64,000 nucleotides of DNA. It comes from an uncultured cyanobacterium (GTDB lineage Bacteria > Cyanobacteriota > Cyanobacteriia > CAKZMO01). The notes under the pieces were generated by a model, which ran no database searches, had not been told where the DNA came from, and was given only the letters and a program-made list of their open reading frames with translations. Location: assembly GCA_963719515.1 (NCBI GenBank), contig CAVRCJ010000005.1:96001-160000 (forward strand). The letters run 5' to 3'. Numbering within the stretch: the first letter of the stretch is position 1; each line of letters opens with the position of its first letter. The position numbers and the translations under genes were made by a program. Below, piece after piece: positions 31,455 through 41,909 of the stretch.

Positions 31455-32621
31455 ATGGCAACTACCAAACCCCGCCGCAAAACTTCCCAACCCAAGCGCA
31501 CCACCAAAGCCTCCCAGCCCACCTGGCCAAAGAACACAGAACTCCTGCGCCTCACCTTCACCCTCATCCCCGACAAAGACTACGACCTCTACGCCCAATA
31601 CTCCATCGGCCTCCACGCCTGGTTCCTGCAGCAGATTCAAGAGACCAACCCCAAGCTCTCCCAAACCCTCCACGACGACGCCAACGAAAAAGCCTTCACC
31701 GTTTCTGGCCTAGACGGTGCCTTCGTCCCCAGCGGCCAGCAGCTGCGCCTGGTTGCCAAAAAGCCCTACCGCTGGACCGTCACAGCCTTCTCAAAAAAAC
31801 TCGTGCAGTGGCTCGCCAAATGGCTCAAAACCTTGCCGCCTACCCTAGAGCTGCGAAATGCCGTGCTCACCATCAACGGCGTTGCCGTCGAAGCCGCCAC
31901 CACCTACGAGGCAGCTAGCGCAGCAGGCCCACGCCGACAAAGATGCCAGCGACGCCCCAAAATCGCCCTCAGCTTCACCTCCCCCACCAGCTTCCGGAGT
32001 ACGGGCCACCACCTGCCGCTCCCGGTTCCCCGCAACATCTTCCACAGCTACCTGCGCCGCTGGAACGACCTCTCAGGGCAGCCCCCCGTAGACCAGGGCG
32101 AATTCCTAAACTGGCTCGACGACCACCTCGTCATTCAGCGTCACGGGGTGCGATCGCTCAAAGTCGCCGCAGGGAAACGAGGATCCGTCACCGGGTTCAT
32201 CGGGGCCATTGAAGTCAGCCTCACCGGACCCTCCTCAACGCGCCCCGAGTTTGTGCAGCTGTTTTGCACCTTGGGTCAGTTCGCTCCCTACTGCGGCACC
32301 GGCCACAAAACCCCCTTTGGCCTCGGTCAAACCCACCTCGGCTGGACCTCCCCCGACCGCACCGATGCCGCCGTGGCCGACCCCGCCACCCAAACCCCAC
32401 AGCTCTTAGCCCAGCGCATCGACGATCTGACCGCCCGCTTCATGGCCCAGCGCAAGCGACAGGGCGGCGATCGCGCCCGTGTCGCTGCGGAAACTTGGGC
32501 CACCTGTCTGGCACGGCGGGAGTTTGGCGAGTCCCTGATGGATATCGCTGAGGATATGGGACTGAAGCACGACACCGTAAAGAGCTACGTGAAGCGGGCG
32601 CGGCAATCTTTGAGGGAGTAG
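31455..32621 (+). CDS. cas6: Cas6 with a C-terminal HTH extension
   Basis: GLHAWFL, LHD, FTSPTSF, PLPVP and YCGTGHKTPFGLG, followed by GESLMDIAEDMGLKHDTVKSYVKRAR. Confidence 0.9.
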   Translation: MATTKPRRKTSQPKRTTKASQPTWPKNTELLRLTFTLIPDKDYDLYAQYSIGLHAWFLQQIQETNPKLSQTLHDDANEKAFTVSGLDGAFVPSGQQLRLVAKKPYRWTVTAFSKKLVQWLAKWLKTLPPTLELRNAVLTINGVAVEAATTYEAASAAGPRRQRCQRRPKIALSFTSPTSFRSTGHHLPLPVPRNIFHSYLRRWNDLSGQPPVDQGEFLNWLDDHLVIQRHGVRSLKVAAGKRGSVTGFIGAIEVSLTGPSSTRPEFVQLFCTLGQFAPYCGTGHKTPFGLGQTHLGWTSPDRTDAAVADPATQTPQLLAQRIDDLTARFMAQRKRQGGDRARVAAETWATCLARREFGESLMDIAEDMGLKHDTVKSYVKRARQSLRE

Positions 32622-32868
32622 CGATCGCTGCACGACGACGCTCTCTTCAAGCAGCAAAAGCTGCTGGGGATGATTTGCCAATATGACCCAAAGACTCAAT
32701 TTTTGTACAGGTCAGGCAATATGGTGCAGTGAAGTTTGTTGCCGATATCTGCTGTGCCAGCAGTAGTTTTGGCTCATGGATGAGTAGGCCACTCCGGGCT
32801 AGTTGAATGCCAAACTGCCAGTTTGAGCTAGGTTGCCAGGGTGAGGTGACCCGTGCCAGATGTTACAC

Positions 32869-33317
32869 GTGACATACTCCCGACGCTCATCTTTTAGATA
32901 GAGCGCGGGCTTCTTGGCTCACGCACCACAATTTAATGGATGCCGCGCAAGAAGGTGTCCTGCTTCATCTGGTCCTGTCTAGTTACGCAGCAAGCCGTGC
33001 AACCCCGATTAGATCCCATCGACAGGCGATTTGTTTAATGTCCAGGCAATGACCAACCCCAGACAGTGACGAGTATTCAATTTCCAGCTACGGTTTCTAC
33101 CGTCTGCACTGTTCACCAGCCAAGGGCTGTACGTTTGTGTCACGATAGCAGGCCGCCGCCATGAAATAGTTTGAGCTTGGTTCAATTGTACCCTTTGCTC
33201 GCCTCGGCGCTGCCCTTAATTGCCGCCTTCGGCATCCAGTCAAGGGCGCACCTCGACTCGCTCGCTTACATCCCGACGCTGATGCTGCGCATACAGCGCG
33301 GGGCTTTCACGAACTAG
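32869..33317 (-). mobile_element. non-autonomous IS605-family element with no ORF (449 bp)
   Basis: On the minus strand it begins after TTTAG and ends ATGTCAC. Both end hairpins resemble those of the 2448-4227 element. Confidence 0.75.
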
Positions 33318-33494
33318 CTAAAAAACTAGGATAGACCGCAAGGCTTTGTTGGCTTGCCTCAACCACTATAGTAATAGCGCTGTACTCAGTTAACACACCG
33401 CTCTGGAACCGCTGACGATTTAGCACATTTGTGCGTAACGTGCCTGTACGCTGTCCCGTCAGCCCTCTTGCATAACCTATGGAGACGCATCCCA

Positions 33495-34472
33495 ATGCTA
33501 ACGATATCAGCATCGGCTATCTTGGCCAGCGCGGCAGTAATCACGTCCAGCCTGACGGGCATAGAGCTACCGGCTCAACAGCAAAATAGTCCGAATCTAT
33601 CGAGACCAGAAACACCGCTACAACTTGCAGATAGACCACTACAAGTTACCCTGCGGCAACCCGCTCGTTCTGGCTTGTTGACGGCAAAAAATACGGGCAG
33701 CTGGATCAATATCCGAGCCCAGCCTACTGTTCGATCGGAGGTTCGAGGTTATGGCTTTACTGGAGAAGAAGTCAATATCCTACAGGACACGGCTGGTCTA
33801 TATGATAGGTATCGATGGTACCTCGTTCAGTTTCCTGGGGAGCAAATGCAGGGCTGGATCAGGGAAGACTTGATTCACGAGCAAGCGGCATCGCCGCGAG
33901 AGTTACAGGAGCTGCCAATCGCTAGTTCACCTGTAACAGACATACAGGAAATCGCCATGGTTCCGGCACCTCGCGCAGCTTCAGGCTATACCCCCGAAGA
34001 AATTAGCTACTTTACGGAGATTGCTCTGGGCAGTGAATTTGGCGGGGGTAGTCAGCGAATTCGTAAGTGGGGCGAAGACATTAGAATTCGCGTCCACGGC
34101 ACGCCGACAGGTCGCGATCGCACCGAGCTCGCGAGCATCGTAGGTGAACTCGACCAGCTTCTGAGCCATAGCTCAGGGGATGGGATTAATGTTGAAGTGA
34201 TGAGCGATCGCGATACGCGCAGGGCCAACGTTGACATTTACTTTGTACCCCACCGAGAGTTTCGTCGCTATGAGCCCAACTACCAGCCAGGGAATCTAGG
34301 GTTTGCCTATGCCAACTGGAGCCAAGATAAAATCTATCGGGCCCGCATTCTGATTACGACAACAGGGGTATCTCAAGCTGAGCGATCGCACCTGATTCGA
34401 GAAGAACTGACCCAGTCTTTGGGGCTATTGCAAGACTCCTTTCGCCACGAGGACAGTATCTTCTACCCTTAG
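33495..34472 (+). pseudogene. secreted SH3 + DUF2927-like protein, 3'-truncated at a MITE
   Basis: Signal peptide, INIRAQP SH3b motif and IREELTQSLGL; the stop codon lies inside the inverted repeat at 34466. Confidence 0.7.
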
Positions 34473-34658
34473 TGGTGCAGAGAACTCCTGAAAGCATTGG
34501 TACTAAAGGATTTCGCCGAAAACGACAATTTCCGCAGTTCAGGGCAAATTGAGGCAATTCCCCACGTATTTGCGTGGTTTGAGAGTACGTATCTGAGCTT
34601 TTCCAGCCTTTCTATGAGAATCAATACTCTCTGGCCGAGATTTTTGCACCACCAAGGG
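34466..34658. mobile_element. MITE (193 bp)
   Basis: Inverted repeats CCCTTAGTGGTGCAGAGA and CCCTTGGTGGTGCAAAAA. Confidence 0.65.
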
Positions 34659-34845
34659 TGATCGTAGAAGGTTTAAATCTGGCCCGGTTTGGGAGTAATC
34701 TGAGTCGCCAAGGTGCGGTTGGCGTTGCTACGGCGGGGCTGGAAGACATGTTCCTGGAGTTACAGAGCGATGTAGCTAGCACAGTATGAGGCTGTGCCAG
34801 TGATGACTCATGAGTCGACTTGCAGAATATCCTCTGTCTGCCCGC

Positions 34846-35442
34846 TCAACTTGATGCGTTGATTTTGACGCCTTCATAGATATCCGCAGCAGCTAATTTT
34901 AAATCACCCGTTTGCAGTTCTATGGTTGCATCTAGACCCTGATAAGTCTGTAAAAACCATTGATCTTGAGCAGTTCGCTGATAACAATCAATCACAGCCT
35001 CAGTTTGACTGACCAGCACATATTTAGAAAAGCTGGGAATCGAGCGATAGTATCGAAACTTATCTCCTCGGTCGTAGGCCTCAGTTGAGGATGATAACAC
35101 CTCGACAATTAGGCAAGGATTAAGGATTTCGTCGCGTCGATCGTCATGCAGTTCAGGTTCGCCTTGAATCACGCTAATGTCTGGATAAACGCCTCGTCGA
35201 TACTGCGGAATCCAAGTCCGCAGATCACTATTGTAGGGTTTGAAGTGAGTTCCTTGAAATGCCAAAGCAAGGCAGAGATAAAGATTACCCGCAATGCAGC
35301 TATGTTCAAGGGTTCCGCCCGTCATAGCAATGATTTTTCCATCATGATACTCATGCCGTTCTGTTGCGGCTTCTTCAAGCAATCTATATTCCGGTAGTGT
35401 AACTTTCGGAGTGAGTAGCTGAGAGCCAAGAGGTGCAGTCAT
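34846..35442 (-). CDS. Uma2-family endonuclease
   Basis: HEYHDG, YPDISV and IVEVLSSSTEAYDRGDKF motifs. Confidence 0.9.
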   Translation of the reverse strand: MTAPLGSQLLTPKVTLPEYRLLEEAATERHEYHDGKIIAMTGGTLEHSCIAGNLYLCLALAFQGTHFKPYNSDLRTWIPQYRRGVYPDISVIQGEPELHDDRRDEILNPCLIVEVLSSSTEAYDRGDKFRYYRSIPSFSKYVLVSQTEAVIDCYQRTAQDQWFLQTYQGLDATIELQTGDLKLAAADIYEGVKINASS

Positions 35443-35497
35443 GGCACGGTTGGAGGTTGATGAGGTTGTGACTGTAGGATTAGCTTTTATTGTACTC

Positions 35498-35625
35498 GTC
35501 AATAGTCCGGACACTTTTCTGGGCAAGCGCTGAAACTATTGATTTCTCGTTAGCCGAGCTGCTGTAGAAGAGGCCTGAAACCCGCATTCCACTGTTAGCC
35601 ACCGAAAACTGTCCGGAGTGTTGTC
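35498..35625. mobile_element. MITE or IS-end remnant (128 bp)
   Basis: 22-bp inverted repeats GTCAATAGTCCGGACACTTTTC and GACAACACTCCGGACAGTTTTC. Confidence 0.55.
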
Positions 35626-36387
35626 GTGGGAGACACTGTCAATACCCAAAAACTCAGGCGGCCCCGCCATGCGGCCCCGCCAGTTCAGATCGTCATACAT
35701 CTGTGTCGAAACGGCATTCAGCAGATCCAGTATCGTCTTGGGGTTTGTTTCATAGGCTACGGCGATCGTAAAGTCCACTCGCGACCACGACCGCGTCAGG
35801 TTCTTTACCTCAGAGATAGCGCTGTTGGGAATTGTGATCAGCTGCCCTTCGCCGTCACGGAGTTGAGTGATGCGCAGGTTCAAGCTCTCTACAAACCCAC
35901 CCACATCCCCAATACTAATCACATTCCCCTCGGCAAACTGATCCTCTAGGAGAATAAAGCAGCCGTTGATGAAGTCTTTGACTAAGCTTTGGGAGCCAAA
36001 TGAAATCGCGAAGCCAATCACCGCGCTACCTGCCAAAATAGACGCCGTGGAAACGCCCATAAAATTGAGCATCAGAATTATGCCCAAACCCACAAAAAGA
36101 ATGGTGGTCAGATCTTCCAGTACTCCTGAAATTGTCGAGATTCTTAGCGCCCGGCGTTTCGCTTCTCCTAAAGAAATAAAGCTGTAGTCTTCCCAGTTAT
36201 TCGCGGCACTGTTGATTAGTCCGTGGCCAATACGAATCGCCAGGCTCACCCCAAACCCGACGAGTAAAAGCTCAATGGGCAGTCCAAGGAGCCAGTTCCT
36301 GCCAACGCGCCATATGGCAACATTTGAGGTAACCCAGATTGCTCCACCTTGACGTACTCCCCGCCCTGAAGAGCGGGGATTCTGGAA

Positions 36388-37512
36388 TCAAGCAGCGATC
36401 GCAGGCTGAGCCTGTCTGACATCGCCTAGCCCACGGGTTGACGCCCCAACCCGTTGAATGTTTATTGCAGCATTCAAGTCTCGATCGTGATGTTCGTTGC
36501 AAATAGGGCAATCCCACTGCCGTTGTTTTAGATCTAACTCCTTCAGTACGTGCCCACAACAGCTACAAGTTTTAGAGCTGGGATACCACTGGTCGATGAA
36601 TGCTACGGTCTTGCCTTTTTTCTTTGCCACCCACTGAAGGATTTCGAGAAATTCAGCTAGGGCTAGGTCCGATATCTTCCGGCCCCATAGCCGCTGCATC
36701 CCTTTCAGGTTCAGCGTCTCAAAGTAGAGCGCATCGTAGGTATCGGTTAGCCGGTGGGCAAGCTTCCAAAACCAATCTCGTCGCCTATTGGCTATGGCCT
36801 CATGGCAGCGAGCTAGATTTAGTCTTGCCCTGTGCCAGTTTGCCGACTTTTTTCGCTTGCGCGATAGGTTGCGGCTAGCTCGGCAAAGGTCTTTGAGCGA
36901 TGCTTTCAGGAATTCAGGAGACTCGATTTGAGTACCATCTGACAAAGTGAGAAACGTCTTCAGTCCAAAATCAGCACCAGCGGTTTTACCCGTCTCGATG
37001 CCTTGAACTGGTTCAGCTTCCTGGTCCACCACAACGGCTAAAAACAGCTCACCCAAAGGCGATCGCTTCACCGTGACGGTCTTAACCTTGCCCTCTATCT
37101 CCCTTGAATTCCAATACTGGTAGACCCTGCTGCCTATCTTGATACGACCACCATTGAGCAGCTTGTATCCCGCCTGTTTTAGGGTGAACGACTTGTATCG
37201 CCTTACCTTCTGAAAGCTAGGCGGCCTATAGCCTTTGCCGTGATGCTTAAAGAACAGCTGGTATGCCTTTTCAATTCGCTGGCAGATGTCCTGCACAGCC
37301 TGAGACCCCACCAACTGCCAAAACGGATTGCGCCTCCGTAGCTTGGCAATATGAGACTGAAGTTTAGAGCAATTGAGGTGTTTGCCCCACATACGGTAGT
37401 ACCGTTTGTGGAGAGCAATGCAGTGGTTCCAAATCACCCCAGCAGCATTAATAGTGCGCTTTAGGTGCCGGTTCCGCTTGTGCTCGTATATCTTAAACTT
37501 CAATGTTCTCAT
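36388..37512 (-). CDS. tnpB: RNA-guided endonuclease TnpB
   Basis: Starts MRTLKFKIY; has GADFGLK, FETLNL, PSSKTCSCCG and DRDLNAA. Confidence 0.93.
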   Translation of the reverse strand: MRTLKFKIYEHKRNRHLKRTINAAGVIWNHCIALHKRYYRMWGKHLNCSKLQSHIAKLRRRNPFWQLVGSQAVQDICQRIEKAYQLFFKHHGKGYRPPSFQKVRRYKSFTLKQAGYKLLNGGRIKIGSRVYQYWNSREIEGKVKTVTVKRSPLGELFLAVVVDQEAEPVQGIETGKTAGADFGLKTFLTLSDGTQIESPEFLKASLKDLCRASRNLSRKRKKSANWHRARLNLARCHEAIANRRRDWFWKLAHRLTDTYDALYFETLNLKGMQRLWGRKISDLALAEFLEILQWVAKKKGKTVAFIDQWYPSSKTCSCCGHVLKELDLKQRQWDCPICNEHHDRDLNAAINIQRVGASTRGLGDVRQAQPAIAA

Positions 37513-37555
37513 ACTGTTTATGTTAGCATAGATGCGTAGGCATTGTGTAGGCAGT

Positions 37556-37696
37556 ATGGCAAAAGGACAGCTTAATTTAAGAGTCTCTATTAAAAGATTG
37601 CAAAAGCTTAGGGCGATTGCAAAAGAGAGGGACAAGACCATGACTCAACTGGTAGAAGATTGGATAGATCGCCTACATTTAGAGAAGCCGTCCTGA
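37556..37696 (+). CDS. 46-aa ribbon-helix-helix (CopG-like) protein
   Basis: MAKGQLNLRVSIKRLQKLRAIAKERDKTMTQLVEDWIDRL; below the ORF-track length cutoff. Confidence 0.7.
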   Translation: MAKGQLNLRVSIKRLQKLRAIAKERDKTMTQLVEDWIDRLHLEKPS

Positions 37697-38102
37697 AGGA
37701 CGGGGCTTTAGACCCATGATTTTTGGTAAAGAACTATCACCAAGAGCCAGAACACAGACCAGCGTAAAAAGCGATTGATGCCCAGCCGCCGCTTCAAGGA
37801 AAGCTGATGGTCTAACCCGTCGAGGAAGCGCGATCGCAGCTCGACCAAGCGCTCCTGCCAACCCTCTATTTCGTTTTCGCCTGTCCCGTTTTCGTCACCG
37901 TGATCACGTTCGACGACGGGCATCGACGGTGCCTCTTGGGCATCGAGTAGAATAGCAGCCTGCTCGGCCTCACGGCGCTGCAGCACTTTCCGGCGGCGTC
38001 TGAGGAGCCAGTGTAGCCACAGCAATGCAGCGGAAATAGCAGCCATTCCCGCAAAGATTCCGCTGGCTCGCAGTATCTGGGGGGTAATCTGATCTCTGGC
38101 TT

Positions 38103-38494
38103 GTGACATCCTCCCGACGCTGACAGCAAGCTGTACAGCGCGGGCTTCCTCAGTGACTCCCAGCTATTGCCGAGACATATCCTGAGATAGGTTTATACTC
38201 CGCCTGATGCCCCACGGCAGAGTTTTGAATTTTCATCTCCGCGAGGGAGGATACGCACTATGTGTCGCAGATACATTTGCAAACTGAGGAACGGGTGACT
38301 TGCAGCTTTCGCCTACGGGCCCGTCACACTCTTTGCGGGGTGTATCACCTTGCTATCTCTATCATACCAACTGCTAGCCTCAGCGCTGAGCGCACTATCC
38401 GCTGTGCATCATTTTGCGGGCGCACTTCGGCTAGCGCGACTCTCATCCCGACGCTCACCCTGACGGGTAGAGCGCGGGGCTTCCTGTCTAGTAG
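38103..38494 (-). mobile_element. non-autonomous IS605 derivative (392 bp)
   Basis: Both ends closely match 2448-4227; TTTAG target and TCAC end. Confidence 0.88.
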
Positions 38495-39481
38495 CTAAAA
38501 CCTCAGCCAGCTGCTCCTCGGTCACCGCTCGCCAGTCCTCCGCAAGCTCATCAACGGACTGGCCATTAAACCGAGCGTCTAACTCGGTAATTGTGAGAAT
38601 ATTGACGGGTCGCGAGAGGTCATCATTGGTGACTTGAAGAATCGTCGCGCCGTTTAAAACAGAAATCGAGACCTCGGCAGAATCACTATCGGCCAGTCGC
38701 TCTACCGCACGTTTCAGATTAGCTTCAATCAGCTCTGCCCGCAGCTCAACTGGATATCGGTTCTCGTCGTACTCACCGTCGCGGGTATATACCGTAGGCG
38801 CTGCGACTTGAAATAAGTCCTGCCGCAGCAGTGGCGATCGCACTGGGGCGGTTTCAATGCTGCCTAGACGCGTGACGGTGCTGGGCACATCGTGGGGCCG
38901 TGCATCAGTAGCTCCTGGAGCGAGTTGGCCATGAGCAGGGTCCATCGCTCCAGACGTTGTCCAAAACATGAAAGCGACGAGCAGCGCGCGAAGTATAAGC
39001 TTCCGTTTAAAGTGGCGGCGAAACATAAAAAATACGGGTGAAAGTCTTTAAATAGGTCGGCACCTAAGTTGCTTCGCCCGTCACAATACCACAGGACTCA
39101 GCCGGTGACACAGTCAGTCCATCAACGCGCGCGTGAGGAAGCTTACGAAGTCGTGGTTTCAACATTGGAACAGCTGCGCCAAAGCACTGATTGCTGGCAT
39201 TACGATAGAGGCAGCTAGGTTGCTCGAAATTTCTGAAGGCGCTTCTGAGGCGATACCGGATTTTCCGGGAATGGAGGTGGACTTTGAAGTCGAATTCTCA
39301 GCCGTGGGCTTTTCAGGGCAATATGGTGATTGCCAATACCCTGCTTCAGAATGATCATCCAAAGTTCAACTTAGTGCAGTCGCTGGCGCAGCAATCCCAC
39401 CTCCGACGCGGCGATCGCCATGCTGCGACACGATGAGGCGATCGCATTTCTGCTGGCGACCTCGGCCATTCAGCCCTAACT

Positions 39482-40399
39482 ATGTCTAATCTTGCCGCCT
39501 CCCGTCGCCCAAAACTAGCGATTCTGCTGATCACCGCCGCTGCCAGCCTTGGCATCGCTGCTCGGCTCTTTCTTTTAGGGGCAGCAGGGCAACTCATTTT
39601 CGTTCTGACGCGGGTCGTCATGCTCGCCCTACCGCTGGCCTGGTTTATCTGGGTTGATAAAGGCAAGCTCAGCCTGTCGTCCCCCTCAAAGCGACAGTGC
39701 CTAGATGGAGTCATCCTGGGGACCATTATGTTTGGGGTTATTCTTGGAGCCTACGGGCTGGTGGGGCAGCGCTGGATTGACCCGGCTGACGTCCGGCTAA
39801 AAGCAGAGCAGATTGGCCTGGCTCAGCCTCTGCTTTACCTAGCAAGCGCCATATACTTCACGCTCATCAATGCCCTAGTCGAAGAATATATCTGGCGCTG
39901 GTTTCTGTGCCGGCAATGCGCGGCGATCTTTAGCGGCGCTATCGCAATATATTTTGCCTCTCTCTGCTTCACGCTCCACCACATTATTGCCCTGGCTGCC
40001 TATACGGGGTGGCTCGTGGTAGGTGTGGGTTCCCTTGGCGTCTTTGCCGCCGGTGCGATTTGGTCGTGGTGCTATTTGACCTACCGCTCGCTGTGGGTCT
40101 GCTACATCAGTCACCTACTGGCAGATTTGGCGATCGCGCTTGTGGGGTGGCACCTTTTATTTGTTGCAGCCCCCGCCCTCTTGATCCACATTCCGCCCTT
40201 TCAATCCCTGGCTGGCGAGCAAAAGGGTCTAGCAGCGATTTTAAGAAAAATCGGGATGGCGGGATTCGAACCCACGGCCCCTTCGTCCCGAACGAAGTGC
40301 GCTACCAAGCTGCGCCACATCCCGAAGCGCTTGTACGCTTTAGCTTATCATAAGCCCATGGGAACCGCCGCTACCCGCATAAACAGACTGCCAAGATAG
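39482..40399 (+). CDS. CPBP/CAAX (Abi-family) intramembrane protease; 3' end uncertain
   Basis: EEYIWRWF, FTLHH and SHLLAD motifs. Confidence 0.8.
   Translation: MSNLAASRRPKLAILLITAAASLGIAARLFLLGAAGQLIFVLTRVVMLALPLAWFIWVDKGKLSLSSPSKRQCLDGVILGTIMFGVILGAYGLVGQRWIDPADVRLKAEQIGLAQPLLYLASAIYFTLINALVEEYIWRWFLCRQCAAIFSGAIAIYFASLCFTLHHIIALAAYTGWLVVGVGSLGVFAAGAIWSWCYLTYRSLWVCYISHLLADLAIALVGWHLLFVAAPALLIHIPPFQSLAGEQKGLAAILRKIGMAGFEPTAPSSRTKCATKLRHIPKRLYALAYHKPMGTAATRINRLPR
40251..40324 (-). tRNA. tRNA-Pro (CGG)
   Basis: CGGGATGTGGCGCAGCTTGGTAGCGCACTTCGTTCGGGACGAAGGGGCCGTGGGTTCGAATCCCGCCATCCCGA folds as a cloverleaf. Confidence 0.96.
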
Positions 40400-40516
40400 C
40401 TACGCCTTCTCATATGGGCTGAGGCGGTGATATCAACGGCTCAACTTGAGGGCGCAGGGAGCGATCGCTGCCAGACCGGCATCCCCATCGCTCCCACAGC
40501 GCTTAAATCCAGCGGC

Positions 40517-41377
40517 CTACTGCAGGTGCTCTTTTAAGAACGCCGTCGTGCGCTCCCAAGCCAGCTCCGCCGCCTCGGCGTTGTAGCGCGTTCCTGAGGG
40601 GTTGGCGAACGCATGGTTAGCGTCGTCGTAGAAGTAGACCTCTACCGGCTTGCCCAGATCCGTCAGCACCGCTTCAAACTCCCGTACCGTCTCAGGCGAG
40701 GGGTTGCTGTCTAGCATCCCGAAGTGGCCCTGAACCGGCAGCTCCAAGGTCTGGAGGCGATCGCGATCGGTGGTAATGCCGCCGCCATAGTAGATCACCG
40801 CCGCGTCGAGAGACTGGGGAAACAGCAGCGCCGTATTGAGGGACCAGGTGCCGCCGAAGCACCAGCCAATGCTGCCGATGCGAGGAGCCTCAAGCCGGCT
40901 GTCGAGGTAGTCGTAAGCCTGAGCTAGGTTTTGCTCTAGGCGAGTGGGGTCTTCCAAGGCTTTTTGCACCAGCACGCTCGCCTCTTCTCGCGTTTCGGCG
41001 ACCTGGTCATCGTACAGGTCTACCGCTAGCGCGGCGTAGCCCTGGTCCGCGAGCTGGCGGGTCATGGCGCGGATATTATCGTTCAGTCCCCACCATTCCT
41101 GAATGACGATCAGGCCGGGGAGGGGTTCGGCTACATCAGCGGGTTGAGCGAGGTAGCCCGTGAGGGAGGTCCCGTCGATGTCACCGTAGGTGACGGCTGC
41201 GCCTTGAGCTTCGGTAGCCAGGGCCACGGCAGGTGAGGGGACTGGTACGTCGTTTTGGTGCAGCTCTGCAATGGCGCGGGCCTGACGCTGTGCGACTGAA
41301 GGCCCATGGCGAACGGCTCCGATGAGCACGACCAATAGACCCGCGAGGGCAAATCCAAGCAGTTTGCGATTGAACAT
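40517..41377 (-). CDS. dienelactone hydrolase family protein
   Basis: QEWWGLN, GWCFGG and HAFAN motifs. Confidence 0.9.
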   Translation of the reverse strand: MFNRKLLGFALAGLLVVLIGAVRHGPSVAQRQARAIAELHQNDVPVPSPAVALATEAQGAAVTYGDIDGTSLTGYLAQPADVAEPLPGLIVIQEWWGLNDNIRAMTRQLADQGYAALAVDLYDDQVAETREEASVLVQKALEDPTRLEQNLAQAYDYLDSRLEAPRIGSIGWCFGGTWSLNTALLFPQSLDAAVIYYGGGITTDRDRLQTLELPVQGHFGMLDSNPSPETVREFEAVLTDLGKPVEVYFYDDANHAFANPSGTRYNAEAAELAWERTTAFLKEHLQ

Positions 41378-41637
41378 GTTGCTGCGTTAAAAAGTGACAC
41401 CCCAACGATAGCTTACTGCGATCGCCGCTATGCTGCACTGGTTCAGTGGCTTATGACACCAAAATCGGCTGAAAGCCTGACGTTATGTCGACAACTGAAC
41501 GCGCAACTGTCCCAATGCATCAAGGCAGTTGCTATAGCAGCGGGATTGAGACATCGTTCAAACTCACTCGCTTGACAGACGCTCGCGTAAGTCAAACTTC
41601 GGTAACCTTACGCCCGTACCCTACAGTTTGAATCCCT

Positions 41638-41871
41638 ATGTTTCTCAAGCAAAAAGACGAAGACGACCTTATCAAGATTTCCGAGGTCGATGTTCTCTTT
41701 GACCCAACAGAGTCTCATGTAAAGGGTCAGATTCAGGCTGGGCAAAATGAGCAACCGCCGGAGTCCTTTCAAAAAACTGGATTGATTTTCCCCTCGGGTG
41801 AAGCGCTACCTCAGTGCTGGGTCGACGCCAACTACCGGGCGAATATGCCTGCTGAGCCACAGGCTGACTGA
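41638..41871 (+). CDS. small conserved cyanobacterial protein
   Basis: LFDP...QAGQNEQPPE...FPSGEALPQCW motif. Confidence 0.7.
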   Translation: MFLKQKDEDDLIKISEVDVLFDPTESHVKGQIQAGQNEQPPESFQKTGLIFPSGEALPQCWVDANYRANMPAEPQAD

Positions 41872-41909
41872 TACCGACTAGCTGACAAAAACGTTCCCTA
41901 GCCTTAGCG

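Larger units (their letters stand above)
36349..37725 (-). mobile_element. IS200/IS605-family element with tnpB and a small RHH gene, no tnpA
   Basis: On the minus strand it starts after TTAC and ends GTCAA, with hairpins at both ends. Confidence 0.85.
35626..39026 (-). pseudogene. MscS-family mechanosensitive channel, interrupted twice and 3'-truncated
   Basis: GSQSLVKDFING, LRITQLRD and IPNS motifs. Removing both insertions restores the frame (EVL-EARDQ and VLY-GGAIW). Confidence 0.85.
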
